A stretch of DNA of 64,000 nucleotides from an uncultured Actinomycetota bacterium. GTDB taxonomy: Bacteria > Actinomycetota > Actinomycetes > JAFAQI01. The stretch's first letter is position 1. Each line of letters starts with the position of its first letter. Below are positions 38,271 to 49,317 of the stretch, in pieces. The stretch covers positions 608,001 to 672,000 of the forward strand of contig CAVYQE010000011.1 in assembly GCA_963770565.1 (NCBI GenBank), given 5' to 3'. Below the pieces are notes generated by a model that did not search any database, was not told the origin of the DNA, and saw only the letters and a program-made list of their open reading frames with translations. A program made the translations under genes and the position numbers.

Positions 38271-39290
38271 GTGAGACGCGTCTCGCGCGTCGAGTCGGTG
38301 GCGGCAATCGTCAACGGCCCGCGATCGGTCATCGGGCAGGTGGCGTTGGGCCGTGCCCTGTTGCTGACCTGTGCCGCCATCGTGGCATCGACGCTGTGGG
38401 CGGTGCACCCGCCCCAGCTCTCGCCGGTGGCCTTGGCGCTGACCGGCGCCGGCGTGCTGGCCGTCGTCGCGTTGAGCCCTTATCTCCCCTGGGACGATGA
38501 CCAGTCGCGGCTGGCGCTGCTCTTCCCGCTGACGATCCTTGCCGCCCTGACCGTCCTCGGGGTCACCGACAACGGTGCGGCAGTTGCCTACACCGGATTC
38601 ATCAACCTGTGCTTCGTGTACGTCGGATTGACGCAGCCGGCCGGAACGAGTGTGGCGCTGGCTCCGGTCGCGGCCGGGGCATGGATCGCGGCGCAGGACA
38701 GCTGGTCGGCCTCAGCATCGGTTCGCCTGGCGATCGGCGTGCTGATCTGGGTCCTGGTCGGCGAGTTGCTGTCGTTGCGAAGCGACCAGGCCGCCAGGGA
38801 CCACCAGGTCCTGTCCCGCCATGCGCACGTCGACGCGCTGACCGGCCTGATCAACCGGCGCGCGCTCGACGCCCGACTCACCGAAGCGCGCGGCGGCGAC
38901 ACGATCGTGATGTGCGATCTCGACCACTTCAAGGCGCTGAACGACCGGGAGGGGCATGCGGCCGGGGACCGGGTGCTGGCCGACTTCGGCGGGCTGTTGA
39001 TCGCCGCGTTGCGCGGCGAGGATGCGGCCGGCCGGTACGGCGGTGAGGAGTTCGTTCTACTCCTCGCGGAGACCTCTCCGGAGGCGGCGCTCGACGTCCT
39101 GATCCGGATGCGGGTGAGATGGGCGTCGATCCACCCGGGTCTGACCTTCTCGAGCGGGATCGCCGCGGTGACCGACTCCGCGCCGATTGCCAACGCGCTG
39201 ACCGCGGCCGACGAGGCCCTGTACGCCTCGAAGCAAGCCGGCCGCAACTGCGACCACATCAGCTATCAGCAGATCGTGCGAGGCAACTAG
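38271..39290 (+). CDS. Membrane diguanylate cyclase (GGDEF)
   Basis: Multi-TM N-terminus; DALTGLINRR, DLDHFKALND, RGED I-site, RYGGEEF. Confidence 0.92.
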   Translation: MRRVSRVESVAAIVNGPRSVIGQVALGRALLLTCAAIVASTLWAVHPPQLSPVALALTGAGVLAVVALSPYLPWDDDQSRLALLFPLTILAALTVLGVTDNGAAVAYTGFINLCFVYVGLTQPAGTSVALAPVAAGAWIAAQDSWSASASVRLAIGVLIWVLVGELLSLRSDQAARDHQVLSRHAHVDALTGLINRRALDARLTEARGGDTIVMCDLDHFKALNDREGHAAGDRVLADFGGLLIAALRGEDAAGRYGGEEFVLLLAETSPEAALDVLIRMRVRWASIHPGLTFSSGIAAVTDSAPIANALTAADEALYASKQAGRNCDHISYQQIVRGN

Positions 39291-39355
39291 TTCCGCTGGC
39301 GGGTGTAGTTCCGGTACGCCGGGCAGGCCTCGTAGCGCCGTAGTACGGTGCCGCG

Positions 39356-40783
39356 ATGAAGCCTCGCCGCCTGACCGTCAGTGCCTTCGCTCTCGCCGCT
39401 GCGACCACCTCGGTGCTCGCGGTCAGTCCGATTGCGTCCGTGGCGCATGCAACCGGCACGTTCTGTTCGGTGGGCACGTCGTATTCGGGGACGACGATCA
39501 CGTGGACCGGCAAGGGCAACGGGCACAGCTGGTCCCAGGCGGCGAACTGGAATCCGAGCACCGTACCGGATGCCACCGGGTCCACGACGTTCCAGACGCA
39601 GTACGTCTGCATCGGCACAGGCACGGGCAGCAAACCGGCCGGCGTCACCATCGCAGCGGGCGATGTCCGGTACATCGCGGGGATCGACATCGGGCAGGGC
39701 GCGACCTTGACCGTCGACCCGGGCGCGCAGCTCTTCCTCGGAGCGGCGAAGGGCTCCAGCGTCTCGGCGTCGTCGGTGGACAAGAACAGCACGCTTGCGC
39801 TCGATGCATCGACGTTGGGAGGAAACAGCCCGCTCACGGTGTCCGGCACGTTCAAGTGGACCGGACAGATCGTCAAGGGACACAAGGAGGTCGCCACTCA
39901 GACCTCGGCCGGCCGGACCACGATCGCCGCCGGCGGCAAGTTGCTGGTCGACGGCGGGAAGTTTGGCGGCACCGACCTCACGGCCGGCCGGGTGATCGAC
40001 AACTTCGGAACGCTGACGTTGACCGGCTTCGGCTACATCGCGATGAACAACGGCACCCAGCTGATCGATGAGGCGCACAGCCGGCTCAACGTCGACGGCG
40101 TCGGCGGGATCTATCGCGGCGCGAAGGCTGGCTCGTCAACCGCGCCCACCCTCCTGCAGAAGGGGTCGCTGATCCGCAAGGGGAGCGGCCACAACGTCGC
40201 CGTGCTCGGTGTGCCGGTGGTCTTCGGGTCGACCAAGCCCGCGATCAGCGTGCGCGAAGGATCGATTGTGCTCGATCGCTCCAGCGCCCCGAAGTCGCCG
40301 GTTGCGCGGGCCGGCGGGTACGGCGTCGGAAGCTGTGACCTGGTGAAGGTCGCCGTGTGCAAGCAGCCGACCGCGACCTCGGACGCGCCGCAGGTCGCGT
40401 TCCTCGGGGCCTCGAATGAGAGCGGGTCGCCGAAGGTCAGCAAGATCTCGGTGTCGCTGGCGAAGGCGCCGGCGAAGGAGCACGGCCACGGTGTGCTCGG
40501 CCGGGCGATCAACGTCACCGCCCCGACCGCGCACACCACCCACTCGAGTCACCTGACCTTCATCTACGACGCAACGACCAGTGGGCTCAAGGCCAACATC
40601 ACGCCGATCGTCTACCGCAACGGTCATGCGATCACGCTGTGCAAGGTCCACGGCCTGACCGCGAAGAACACCTCGTGCGTCGTGAGCGAGAAGGTCGCGC
40701 ACGGTGGCGCCGCGACCAAGGGCGACCTCACGATCATCTTGATCACGATCCAGCCCGACGCCCAGTGGCTCGTCGCGCACTGA
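39356..40783 (+). CDS. Secreted beta-rich hypothetical protein (475 aa)
   Basis: Signal peptide; WTG..G.SWSQAANW motif seen in beta-helix surface proteins; several Cys pairs. Confidence 0.7.
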   Translation: MKPRRLTVSAFALAAATTSVLAVSPIASVAHATGTFCSVGTSYSGTTITWTGKGNGHSWSQAANWNPSTVPDATGSTTFQTQYVCIGTGTGSKPAGVTIAAGDVRYIAGIDIGQGATLTVDPGAQLFLGAAKGSSVSASSVDKNSTLALDASTLGGNSPLTVSGTFKWTGQIVKGHKEVATQTSAGRTTIAAGGKLLVDGGKFGGTDLTAGRVIDNFGTLTLTGFGYIAMNNGTQLIDEAHSRLNVDGVGGIYRGAKAGSSTAPTLLQKGSLIRKGSGHNVAVLGVPVVFGSTKPAISVREGSIVLDRSSAPKSPVARAGGYGVGSCDLVKVAVCKQPTATSDAPQVAFLGASNESGSPKVSKISVSLAKAPAKEHGHGVLGRAINVTAPTAHTTHSSHLTFIYDATTSGLKANITPIVYRNGHAITLCKVHGLTAKNTSCVVSEKVAHGGAATKGDLTIILITIQPDAQWLVAH

Positions 40784-40796
40784 ATCGGTACGGCGG

Positions 40797-41609
40797 TCAG
40801 CCGGCGGCGGTCTCGAGTGCGCGTCGGGTCAGGACCCGCGCGAGGTGGCGGCGATAGTCCTGATCGGCGTGCATGTCCTGCACCGGCTCGGTGTCCTCGG
40901 CGGCGAGCGCCGCGGCTGCCTCGATCGAGGCACCCGAGGCGAGGTGCTCCTCGGTGCGAGTCGCCCGAAGCGGCCGGCTCCCCATGTTCGCCAGGGCGAC
41001 CCTTCCCGCAACCGTCGCCACCGCCACGATGGCCCAGTCGTTGGCGCGCCGGACGAACTTCTCGTAGTGCCAGCCGTTGGGACCGGTGCGGGGGACCCGG
41101 ATCTCGACCAGCATCTCGTCGGGGTCCATCGCGGTCTCGAAGTAGCCGAGGAAGAACTCGGTCGCGGTGACCGTGCGTCGCGCGTCCGGACCTTGCAGCA
41201 CCAACGTGGCGTCCGATGCGAGCACCGCGGCAGGCAGGTCGGCGGCCGGATCGGCGTGCGACACCGATCCGCCGATCGTGCCTCGATGGCGGATCTGCGG
41301 ATCTCCCACGTAGGAGGCCGCGCCGGCAATCAGCGGCGCTTCGGCCCGCAACACCTCGGAGCCGACCAGGTCGCAGTGCCGGGTGAGGGCACCGACGGCG
41401 ACCTCGTCGCCCTCGACCCGGACGTAGGAGCCCTCCGGCATCCGGCCGATGTCGATGAGCACGGACGGGACCGCGAGCCGGAGTTTCATCATCGGGAGCA
41501 GCGAGTGCCCGCCGGCGATCAGCTTCGCGTCGTCGCCGTGCTCCCGGAGCAGGGCGACCGCTTCGTCGACCGATCCGGCGCGAAGGTAGTCGAACGTCGC
41601 CGGGATCAT
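40797..41609 (-). CDS. Xanthine dehydrogenase family FAD-binding subunit (CoxM/CutM-like)
   Basis: [34 protein letters not shown]. Confidence 0.92.
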   Translation of the reverse strand: MIPATFDYLRAGSVDEAVALLREHGDDAKLIAGGHSLLPMMKLRLAVPSVLIDIGRMPEGSYVRVEGDEVAVGALTRHCDLVGSEVLRAEAPLIAGAASYVGDPQIRHRGTIGGSVSHADPAADLPAAVLASDATLVLQGPDARRTVTATEFFLGYFETAMDPDEMLVEIRVPRTGPNGWHYEKFVRRANDWAIVAVATVAGRVALANMGSRPLRATRTEEHLASGASIEAAAALAAEDTEPVQDMHADQDYRRHLARVLTRRALETAAG

Positions 41610-42088
41610 CGCTGACCTGCTGGGGAGTCGGCCATGGACTCAGCGGCGGTCAGCACCGAGCGGACGATGTTGTGGTAGCCGGTGCACCGGCAGATGTTGC
41701 CCTCGAGGCCCTCGCGTACCTGCTGCTCGCTGGGGGCCGGGTTCTCGGCCAGCAGTGAGGCCGCGGCCATCACCATCCCGGGCGTACAGAAGCCGCATTG
41801 CAGACCGTGCTCGGCCTGGAACGCCGCCTGCACGGGGTGCAGGTCGGCGCCATTCGCCAAGCCTTCGATCGTGGTGACCGATGCGCCGTCGGCCTGCATC
41901 GCGAGGACGGTGCACGACTTCACCGACTCGCCGTCGAGGTGGACGGTGCACGCACCACACGACGACGTGTCGCAGCCGATATTCGTCGCCTTGAGGCCGC
42001 AGACGTCGCGCAAGTAGTGCACGAGCAGCATCCGCGGCTCGACGTCGTCGACCCGGGCGGCTCCGTTGACTGTGATCGAGACCCGCAT
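41606..42088 (-). CDS. (2Fe-2S)-binding subunit (CoxS/CutS-like)
   Basis: [26 protein letters not shown]. Confidence 0.95.
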   Translation of the reverse strand: MRVSITVNGAARVDDVEPRMLLVHYLRDVCGLKATNIGCDTSSCGACTVHLDGESVKSCTVLAMQADGASVTTIEGLANGADLHPVQAAFQAEHGLQCGFCTPGMVMAAASLLAENPAPSEQQVREGLEGNICRCTGYHNIVRSVLTAAESMADSPAGQR

Positions 42089-44385
42089 CAGGCGCCCTTC
42101 GCGTCGTTGATCGCCGACCAGACCCGCATCGAGGTCGTCGGCATGTCGATGTGTCTGACCCCGAGGTGCGAGACCGCGTCGATGACCGCGTTCTGCACCG
42201 CAGGGGTTGCCCCGATCGTGCCGGCCTCGCCGATTCCCTTTGCCCCCAACGGGTTGTACGACGTGGGGGTCTCGGTCGTGACGAGCTCAAAGCTGGGCAG
42301 CTCGGTCGCGGTGATAATGGGGTAGTCGGCGAACGTCGTGGTCGTGGGGTTGCCGTCCTCGTCGTACAGCACTTCCTCGACCAGGGCTTGGGCCGCTCCC
42401 TGCGCAAGGCCGCCGTGCCGCTGGCCCTCGGCGATCAGCGGGTTGATCAGCGTGCCGGCGTCGTCGAGGGCGATCAACCGGGTCAGCACCGGCTTGCCGG
42501 TCTCGACGTCCACCTCGGCCACCGCGACGTGCGCGCCGAACGGGTACGTCGCCCCCGGTGCACTGAAGACCGCCCTGACCTTCAGCGGCTTTTTCTCGGC
42601 GAGCGACGCGAACGTGACCCGGGCGCTGGGGTCGCCGCGCACGGCCAACCCGGCGATGTCGAGATCGACCACGAGGTCTTCCGGGGCCACCTCGAGCTCG
42701 TCGGAGGCCCGGTTGCGGGCCACCTCGACCAGTTCGATCGCGGCCTGCTTGACCGCCGCACCGCCCTGCTGGAGGCTGCGCGATCCCATCGTGCCACCAC
42801 CCTCCGGCACGAGATCGGTGTCGCCCCACTTCACCGTGATCTTGTCGATCGGGATGCCGAGCTCCGCACTCGCAAGCATTGCCCACACGGTGGAGTGACC
42901 CTGACCGTGCGGCGAGGTGCCGGTGAGGATGGTCGCCGTACCGTCCGGGTGGATCTCGACCGTGGCGTTCTCACTCGGCGGGCCGGACTCATCGCCGCCG
43001 CCGGTGATCTCGACGTAGACGCTCAGCCCGATCCCGAGCTGGTTGCGGTCGCCGCGCTTGCGGCGGGCGGCCTGCTCGCGGCGCAGCCCTTCGTAGTCCG
43101 AGGCCGCGAGGATGGTGTCGAGCGCCATCTCGTAGTTGCCCGAGTCATAGAGCGCGCCGCCCTTGGTCGGGAGCGGCTCGGTGAACGCCGGCAACAGGTT
43201 GCGCCGCCGCACGTCGGCGGGATCCATCCCGATCTCGGTCGCGAAGACGTCCATCATCCGCTCGATGACCGCGGTGGCCTCCGGCCGGCCGGCGCCGCGA
43301 TACGCACCGAGCGGGGTGGTGTTCGTGACCACACTGGCGAACGACGTCTCGATCCGGTCGAAGTCATACACCGCCGGCGCCATCAGGAGGGTCAGGGTCG
43401 GCAGAACGGCGCCGAAGCGGGGATAAGCACCGGCGTCCTGCAGGATTCGGAGCCGGTAGGCCTTGACGTTGCCGTCCCGGTCGCCGCCAAGGCTCGCGGT
43501 CTGGATCTGAGCCCGGCCATGGGTCATCCCGACCATGTTCTCCGAGCGGGTCTCGACCCAGGTAGCCGGACGACCGAGCTTCTTGGCGACCCAACCGACC
43601 AGCACCTGCTCGGGGTCGGAGCCGACCTTCGCGCCGAATCCACCGCCGACCGCGGGCGTGATTACGCGAACCTGCTCGATCGGCAGGCCGAGCATGCCGG
43701 CGATCGCGTCCTGGCTGCCCTGCGCGGCTTGGTTGGGCAGCCAGACGATCAACCGGTCGTCCAACCAGACCGCGGCCGCGCTGCGAACCTCGAGCGGCGC
43801 GACGGCGACCCGCTGGTTGATGATCTCCTGCGTGACGACGACCTCGCAGTCGTCGAACAGGTCGTCGTGCTCGTCGGGGTCCTGCTTGATCACGATGTTG
43901 TGACCCAGGTCGGGGAAGAGCAGAGTAGAGCCGGCCAGCGCCTCCCTGGGATCGACCACGGCGTGCAGCGGCTCGTAGTCGACGACGACGAGCTCCGCGA
44001 TGTCCTCGCCGGTGTAGCGCCCCTCGTGGACGACGATCGCCACCGGCTCGCCGACGAAGCGCACCGTGTCCACGGCAAGCAGCGGTTGGGCCACCTCCGG
44101 CGGGTACATCGGCAGCATCGTCTTCTGCGCCGGCAGATCCGTTAGCTCAGCGGCGGTGTACACCGCGATGCAGCCGGCGGCCGCGCTCGCGGCACTGGCG
44201 TCGATCGAGACGATCCTCGCGTGCGCCACCGGCGACCGGACCACCGTGATCCGGACCGCGTCGGCGAGCCGGTCGTCGACGAGGTCCTCGGTGTAGACCG
44301 CGCCGGTGGTGAGGAACTCCGGGTCCTCGACCCGGTTGACCCGGGTGCCGAGGATGCTCCCGCGCGGGGCGCCGACGGTGGTCAT
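42088..44385 (-). CDS. Molybdopterin-binding large subunit, form-II CoxL-like molybdenum hydroxylase
   Basis: [15 protein letters not shown] active-site loop, [18 protein letters not shown]. Confidence 0.92.
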   Translation of the reverse strand: MTTVGAPRGSILGTRVNRVEDPEFLTTGAVYTEDLVDDRLADAVRITVVRSPVAHARIVSIDASAASAAAGCIAVYTAAELTDLPAQKTMLPMYPPEVAQPLLAVDTVRFVGEPVAIVVHEGRYTGEDIAELVVVDYEPLHAVVDPREALAGSTLLFPDLGHNIVIKQDPDEHDDLFDDCEVVVTQEIINQRVAVAPLEVRSAAAVWLDDRLIVWLPNQAAQGSQDAIAGMLGLPIEQVRVITPAVGGGFGAKVGSDPEQVLVGWVAKKLGRPATWVETRSENMVGMTHGRAQIQTASLGGDRDGNVKAYRLRILQDAGAYPRFGAVLPTLTLLMAPAVYDFDRIETSFASVVTNTTPLGAYRGAGRPEATAVIERMMDVFATEIGMDPADVRRRNLLPAFTEPLPTKGGALYDSGNYEMALDTILAASDYEGLRREQAARRKRGDRNQLGIGLSVYVEITGGGDESGPPSENATVEIHPDGTATILTGTSPHGQGHSTVWAMLASAELGIPIDKITVKWGDTDLVPEGGGTMGSRSLQQGGAAVKQAAIELVEVARNRASDELEVAPEDLVVDLDIAGLAVRGDPSARVTFASLAEKKPLKVRAVFSAPGATYPFGAHVAVAEVDVETGKPVLTRLIALDDAGTLINPLIAEGQRHGGLAQGAAQALVEEVLYDEDGNPTTTTFADYPIITATELPSFELVTTETPTSYNPLGAKGIGEAGTIGATPAVQNAVIDAVSHLGVRHIDMPTTSMRVWSAINDAKGA

Positions 44386-44514
44386 CGTCGTACCACCGGC
44401 TCAACGGTCATTGCGATTCCTCTCGATCACCGCGAACGACAAGATGACATTTCGCGGGCACACGCGAACTGCCCCCTGGATCCGGGCTCGGTCCCGGTCA
44501 AACCCTAGTACCGG

Positions 44515-44680
44515 CTAGTGTCCCGTCTCCGAAGTCCTTTTGCCTCCTGCGGCGCCCAGATGCACGCTCGCTACGTTGTCGTCGTCGGCAATGGCGCTGC
44601 CATTGCACTCCTCCTCCGCCTTGCGAGCGCACACCTGGACGCCGCATCGTGGCAAGAGACCTCGAAGACGGGACAGCTAG
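44515..44680. mobile_element. CTAG-bounded MITE-like hairpin element, long (166 bp) form
   Basis: CTAGTGTCCCGTCTCCGAAGTC ... GACCTCGAAGACGGGACAGCTAG terminal inverted repeats, nested internal stems; homologous to 27310-27382. Confidence 0.82.
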
Positions 44681-45738
44681 GTGATCCGCTTGACGAGCAG
44701 TCCGGTGCTGATGTGCAGCTCGGCGAGGGAGTTGTTGCGCGGGCTGACCACCCAGAGGTGGGAGCCGAACACGGTCAGGCCGGTCGGGTAGTCGAACTTC
44801 GGGTGTGGGGTGTTGTTGTTGCACTCGTACCAGTCACCGTTCGCGGTCGAAGTCTCGATCTTGGTGACCATCGGGCTCGAGCCCGGCGGGCTGATCACGT
44901 AGACCTGCGCTCCGTGGGCGACGACGACGCTGGGCGCGTCGAAGCCGTAGTTCGCATTGTTGCTGGAGTTGGAGATGACCTGGACCAGATCGCCCGACGA
45001 CGTCGTCTCGGTGACCGAGTCGGTCGCGCTGTCGGAGATCCACAGCCGATGTCCGGCGTACGCGATTCCCTCGGGCGCGGCCAGGCCGTAGCGCGCGGCG
45101 GTCAGCCGCCGGACGAGCACGCCGGAGCAGGCGTTGAAGCCGGTGACCGAGCCGACCTGGTTGACCACCCAGGCGGTGGTGCCGGCAAAGGTCAGGGCGA
45201 CCGGAGCGTCGAAGCCCAGGCCAGGTCGCGCGGAGCGCGACAGCACCCGGGTCAGGGAGCCGTCGCCGGCATTGATCTCGGTGATCGCGTCGGCGGCCCG
45301 GTCGACCACCCAGACCTCGCCGCCGTGCACCGCGATGGCAACCGGGTCACGAAGGTCGTAGCGCTTGCCGCGCACGACCCGGACCAGGGACCCGTCGCCG
45401 GCGTCGAGCTCGGTGATCCGCCCGGCCCGGCTGGCAACCCAGACCTTGCCGCCGCCCGCCGCGATGGCGTCCGGCTGACCGAACTCGTCCTTACCGGCCC
45501 GGATCACGCGGAGCAAGGCGCCGTGTCGGTCGGTGACCGTGACCGAGTTGCCGGCCAGGTTCGCGATCCACAGCTTCCGGTCCGCGATGGCGATGGCGGT
45601 CGGTTGGCGGAAGCCGTACCCGCTCGATGCGACCGCGGCGGCACTCGCGCCCGGTGCGACGACGCCGAGCCCACTCGCGATCGCAATCGAGGCGGTGGCC
45701 GCGAACGCCGACCATGACCATCGTGACATGAAGCCCAC
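44677..45738 (-). CDS. Secreted beta-propeller protein (NHL/Vgb-like repeats)
   Basis: Signal peptide; about seven repeats of F.xPxxIA....LWxxN...SVTE. Confidence 0.78.
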   Translation of the reverse strand: MGFMSRWSWSAFAATASIAIASGLGVVAPGASAAAVASSGYGFRQPTAIAIADRKLWIANLAGNSVTVTDRHGALLRVIRAGKDEFGQPDAIAAGGGKVWVASRAGRITELDAGDGSLVRVVRGKRYDLRDPVAIAVHGGEVWVVDRAADAITEINAGDGSLTRVLSRSARPGLGFDAPVALTFAGTTAWVVNQVGSVTGFNACSGVLVRRLTAARYGLAAPEGIAYAGHRLWISDSATDSVTETTSSGDLVQVISNSSNNANYGFDAPSVVVAHGAQVYVISPPGSSPMVTKIETSTANGDWYECNNNTPHPKFDYPTGLTVFGSHLWVVSPRNNSLAELHISTGLLVKRIT

Positions 45739-45826
45739 CTTGCCCCGGGGATCTTTCGATTCGACCCTTCCGACGGTACGACGCGTTCCGGTGCGCGGTT
45801 AGCCGCCGCGCGGGTGACGGCGCGGG

Positions 45827-46846
45827 TCAGCTACGGCCGCTGACGACGACCAGCGGATCGAGGTCGTTGGCAGCAAGCAGTGTTTCGGGCGCGACCGATG
45901 TCATCCAGTCGAAGGTGTCGAACGGACCGTCGGTCACCGCGTCCAGGGTGGCGGCTTCGAGCAGTCGGCCCGGTGCGTACCGCGCCCAGCGGGCGACGTA
46001 GCGGCCCTCGAGCACCCGGTAGACCCTGCCGTCCTCGATCCCGAGTACGTACGCGGCCAGTTCGCCGTCCAGCCGCAGGGTGGCCAGCCGCAGCTCGCCG
46101 CTGCCGGCCAGCGCAAGCACGCGCCGATGCCAGAGCCGGCGCCGGGCCGGATCGTCGAGCGGGCTCAGCCGGCCGCCGGCGTGGTCACGGTCACGGCAGA
46201 TGCTCTCGAGCAGCGGCAGCGTGGCGGTGATCTCGCGGCCGTCGCTGGTGACGTCGACGGTCGAGACGACGCCGTCCGCGACCAAGCGGTTGCGGGCCTT
46301 GCGAAGCGTCCTCGCGGTCCCGTGGCTCATGCCGTTGGAGTCGACGGTGCCGGCGGTCCGGACGATCGGTACTGCGACGTGCTGGATCGTGAGCGCGACC
46401 GGCAGCGCCCGAAGCAGTGCCGCAAGCGCCGGACCGTGGCTGATCGGCCCGAGGCAGAACTCGCGCGGCTCGCGGCTCAGCGCGTCGGCGAGTGAGGCGC
46501 CGAGCTGCTCAGCGGCGTGATCATCAACTGCGAGCAGTGCGCCGCGGTGATTTTCGGCGGTTCCCGCCAGGCTCGTACGCCGTAGCCCGCCCGGTGCGTC
46601 GAGCAGGAGCGCGGCGCCCACCAGCTCGCTGCCGGCCGCGACCGAGACCAGCCAGGGCTTCTCGCCCGGTGCGGGCTTTGCCACCGACGCGGCGAGCCAC
46701 GGCCAGCGGGCCGTGACCGGGGCACCGGGGACCGCCTCCGTGAGCGCGGCCAGCCGGGTCGCTTCCGCGAGCACGGCATCGACGCCGTGGGCAACCTCGG
46801 TGTGGAGCGGTGGCGCGACTCGATAGCTCTGACCTGGGGCGGTCAT
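45827..46846 (-). CDS. GNAT acetyltransferase, CelD/BcsL-like
   Basis: LRKARNRL, LRLATLRLDGELAAYVLG, RYAPGRLL, FDW. Confidence 0.75.
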   Translation of the reverse strand: MTAPGQSYRVAPPLHTEVAHGVDAVLAEATRLAALTEAVPGAPVTARWPWLAASVAKPAPGEKPWLVSVAAGSELVGAALLLDAPGGLRRTSLAGTAENHRGALLAVDDHAAEQLGASLADALSREPREFCLGPISHGPALAALLRALPVALTIQHVAVPIVRTAGTVDSNGMSHGTARTLRKARNRLVADGVVSTVDVTSDGREITATLPLLESICRDRDHAGGRLSPLDDPARRRLWHRRVLALAGSGELRLATLRLDGELAAYVLGIEDGRVYRVLEGRYVARWARYAPGRLLEAATLDAVTDGPFDTFDWMTSVAPETLLAANDLDPLVVVSGRS

Positions 46847-46849
46847 CTG

Positions 46850-49105
46850 CTAGGCACCCACCCTCAGTTCGGCGTCGTCGAGCGATGCTTCGTAGTCACT
46901 GAGCCAGGTCTCGAACTCCGCCACCGGAAGTGCCTGGCTGAAGTAGAAGCCCTGTGCCTCGTCGCAACCGGCATCGCAGAGCCGGCGCGCGGTGAGCTCG
47001 TCCTCGACGCCCTCGGCGACCATCCGCAGGCCGAGGGAGTGCGCGAGATCGATCGCCGACTGGACGATTGCCAGCGAGCGGTCGTCGGCGCTCATCGTCG
47101 CGATGAAGGAGCGATCGAGCTTCAGCTCGTCGATCGGCAGCTCGCGCAGGTAGGCCAGCGACGAGTAGCCGGTGCCGAAGTCGTCGACCGCGACCTGGAT
47201 GCCGATCCGGCGCAGCTCGTCCAGGATGTGGCGGGCGCGCTCGCGATCGCTCATGATCACGTCCTCGGTGATCTCGAGGATCAGAAGGGACGAGTCGAGC
47301 GACCGCTCGATCAACATCCGCTCGACCCGTTGCGGGAGTTCGATGTCGACGAGCGACGACGGTGAGAGGTTGACCGCGACCGGCAGCCGCAGCCCGGCGT
47401 TCGACCAGGTCATCACCTGGTCGAGCGACTGCTCGAGCACGGCGACGGTCATCTCGTGCATCAGGCCGGAGTCCTCGACCAGCGGCAGGAACGATGCCGG
47501 CAGCAGCAGACCCTTCACCGGATGGTTCCAACGGACCAGGGCCTCCACGCTGAGGACCCGAAGTGACGAGGCGTCGACCTTCGGCTGGTAGTGCATCGTG
47601 AGCTCGCGGTCGGTGATCGCGCCGCGGAGCTCGTCGATCAGGTGCAACCGGTCGCGACCGTCGACGTCCTCGCCGGTTCGCGAGAACACGCTGTAGCCGC
47701 TGTGCTGAGACTTCGCGCGATACATCGCGATGTCGGCGTGCCGGAGCAGCGAGGACATGTCGAGGCCGTGGTCGGGCGCAACGGCGACGCCGATGCTGCC
47801 CGTCATCCGGACACTGACGTCCTCGAGCGCGAACGGCGTCGACAGCGCTTCGCGGATCTCGATCGCAACCCGCTCGGCCATCGCCTGGTCGGCGTTGAGC
47901 AGGAAGACTGCGAACTCGTCTCCACCGAGGCGGACCAGGAGCGAACCGTTCGAGGGCACCGACTCCCGGATCCGGCGGGCGACCAGCCGCAGCAGCTCGT
48001 CACCGGAATGGTGCCCGAGGCTGTCGTTGATCTCCTTGAACCGGTCGAGATCGAGCAGCAGAAGTGCCGCGTTGACGTCCGGCTCGACCAGAACCTGCTC
48101 CGAGCGGATGTAGAGCGCCCGGCGGTTGCCGAGCTCGGTGAGGTCGTCGGTCAATGCCAATTGATGGCTGTCGGCGAGGTTGGACGCTTCTCGGAACGTC
48201 ACGATGAGCCGAACCAGCGCGACGACGATCGTCGCCGCGGCCAGGCCGACGGCGATTGGGTGGATCTTGCCGTACACGAGCAGTGCCAGGGCGGCGAGAA
48301 CCGAGAACATCGGTACGGCGAGCAGCGACCACCCCGACAGCCGCAGACCGGCCAGTCGATCCGGCCAGCCCGGCGACATCGCCATGATCATCGTGCCGGT
48401 GACCCAGAGTGCGTCGTTGATGCCGCCCGGTTGGTAGGAGTTGTGCGCAGTGGCGACGAGGTAGACCCCGTCGGCCACGACGAACACCAGCAGCCCGATC
48501 GCCAGCATCCACATGCCGACCGGCGGACGCCAGTGGTACAGCGAGAGGGTGGCGACCAAGGTCAGGAGCAGGACGATGTCGAGCAGCGGGTACGCCGTCG
48601 TCGTGATCACGGCGGCGGTGCCGCCGCTGGTCGTCGACAGCACCGGCCCGAGGATCGCGGCCGCCGCTCCCGCTGCCGCCGCGAGACCACCGACGATTCC
48701 GTCCAGCCACAAGCTCAGGCTGAAGCGCTTGAAGTGCTCCCGGACCATCAGCACCAAGGCGATGAACGCGCACGGGTAGAGGCTGAGGAACAGCGCGTCC
48801 GCCAGCGACGGGAACGGCTCCGGGTCGAGCGGCCGGATTGCGATCGTCCAGTAGATGTTGCCGCCGCCGTAGAGCGCGAGGCCGAGCGCGAGGATGTGCC
48901 AGCTCGGCCGGAATGTGGTGGCCTGGCGGGCCCGGACGAAGCACACCGCCGCCGACAGCGCGTAGACGATGTTGTTGAGGAAGCCGTCGAGGATGAGGTT
49001 GTATCCGGGCTTGGGGCGGACGCCCGGAATCGTCGAAATCACGAATGCGGCGAGCGCAATCATGGCAAGGGCAGTCACCACGCGACTGCTTTTGCTGCGC
49101 GACAC
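46850..49105 (-). CDS. Membrane GGDEF-EAL diguanylate cyclase/phosphodiesterase
   Basis: Multi-TM N-terminus (FPSLADALFL), DLDRFKEINDSLGH, RLGGDEF, VEALVRW, DDFGTGYSSL, AEGVE; GTG start inferred from GGAGAGG RBS. Confidence 0.93.
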   Translation of the reverse strand: MSRSKSSRVVTALAMIALAAFVISTIPGVRPKPGYNLILDGFLNNIVYALSAAVCFVRARQATTFRPSWHILALGLALYGGGNIYWTIAIRPLDPEPFPSLADALFLSLYPCAFIALVLMVREHFKRFSLSLWLDGIVGGLAAAAGAAAAILGPVLSTTSGGTAAVITTTAYPLLDIVLLLTLVATLSLYHWRPPVGMWMLAIGLLVFVVADGVYLVATAHNSYQPGGINDALWVTGTMIMAMSPGWPDRLAGLRLSGWSLLAVPMFSVLAALALLVYGKIHPIAVGLAAATIVVALVRLIVTFREASNLADSHQLALTDDLTELGNRRALYIRSEQVLVEPDVNAALLLLDLDRFKEINDSLGHHSGDELLRLVARRIRESVPSNGSLLVRLGGDEFAVFLLNADQAMAERVAIEIREALSTPFALEDVSVRMTGSIGVAVAPDHGLDMSSLLRHADIAMYRAKSQHSGYSVFSRTGEDVDGRDRLHLIDELRGAITDRELTMHYQPKVDASSLRVLSVEALVRWNHPVKGLLLPASFLPLVEDSGLMHEMTVAVLEQSLDQVMTWSNAGLRLPVAVNLSPSSLVDIELPQRVERMLIERSLDSSLLILEITEDVIMSDRERARHILDELRRIGIQVAVDDFGTGYSSLAYLRELPIDELKLDRSFIATMSADDRSLAIVQSAIDLAHSLGLRMVAEGVEDELTARRLCDAGCDEAQGFYFSQALPVAEFETWLSDYEASLDDAELRVGA

Positions 49106-49317
49106 AATGCCCCCTCTCCCAGTCCTTAGAGCGTGCATCGGCCTCTGGAAACCCGCTGTGTTCGCCCAGAGATGACCTTGGTCCTCACCCAAACGGGCCA
49201 ATAAGCGTTGCGCCGACCGTGCGAAGGGCGGCCGAATTGTCGGCGATTAGGCTTGGTGTCCGTCACGGCCGGCGCGCAGCCAGCAGTGGCTCAACCGGGA
49301 CGACCAATGCGCATGGG

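Noticed and set aside
42088-44385. Aerobic CO dehydrogenase (form I coxL)
   Set aside because: Active-site loop is AYRGAGR, not AYxCSFR; accessory cox genes are absent
49137-49160. Complete sigma28 promoter for the GGDEF-EAL gene
   Set aside because: GCCGAT is present, but the best -35 candidate (CACAG) is only 13 bp away
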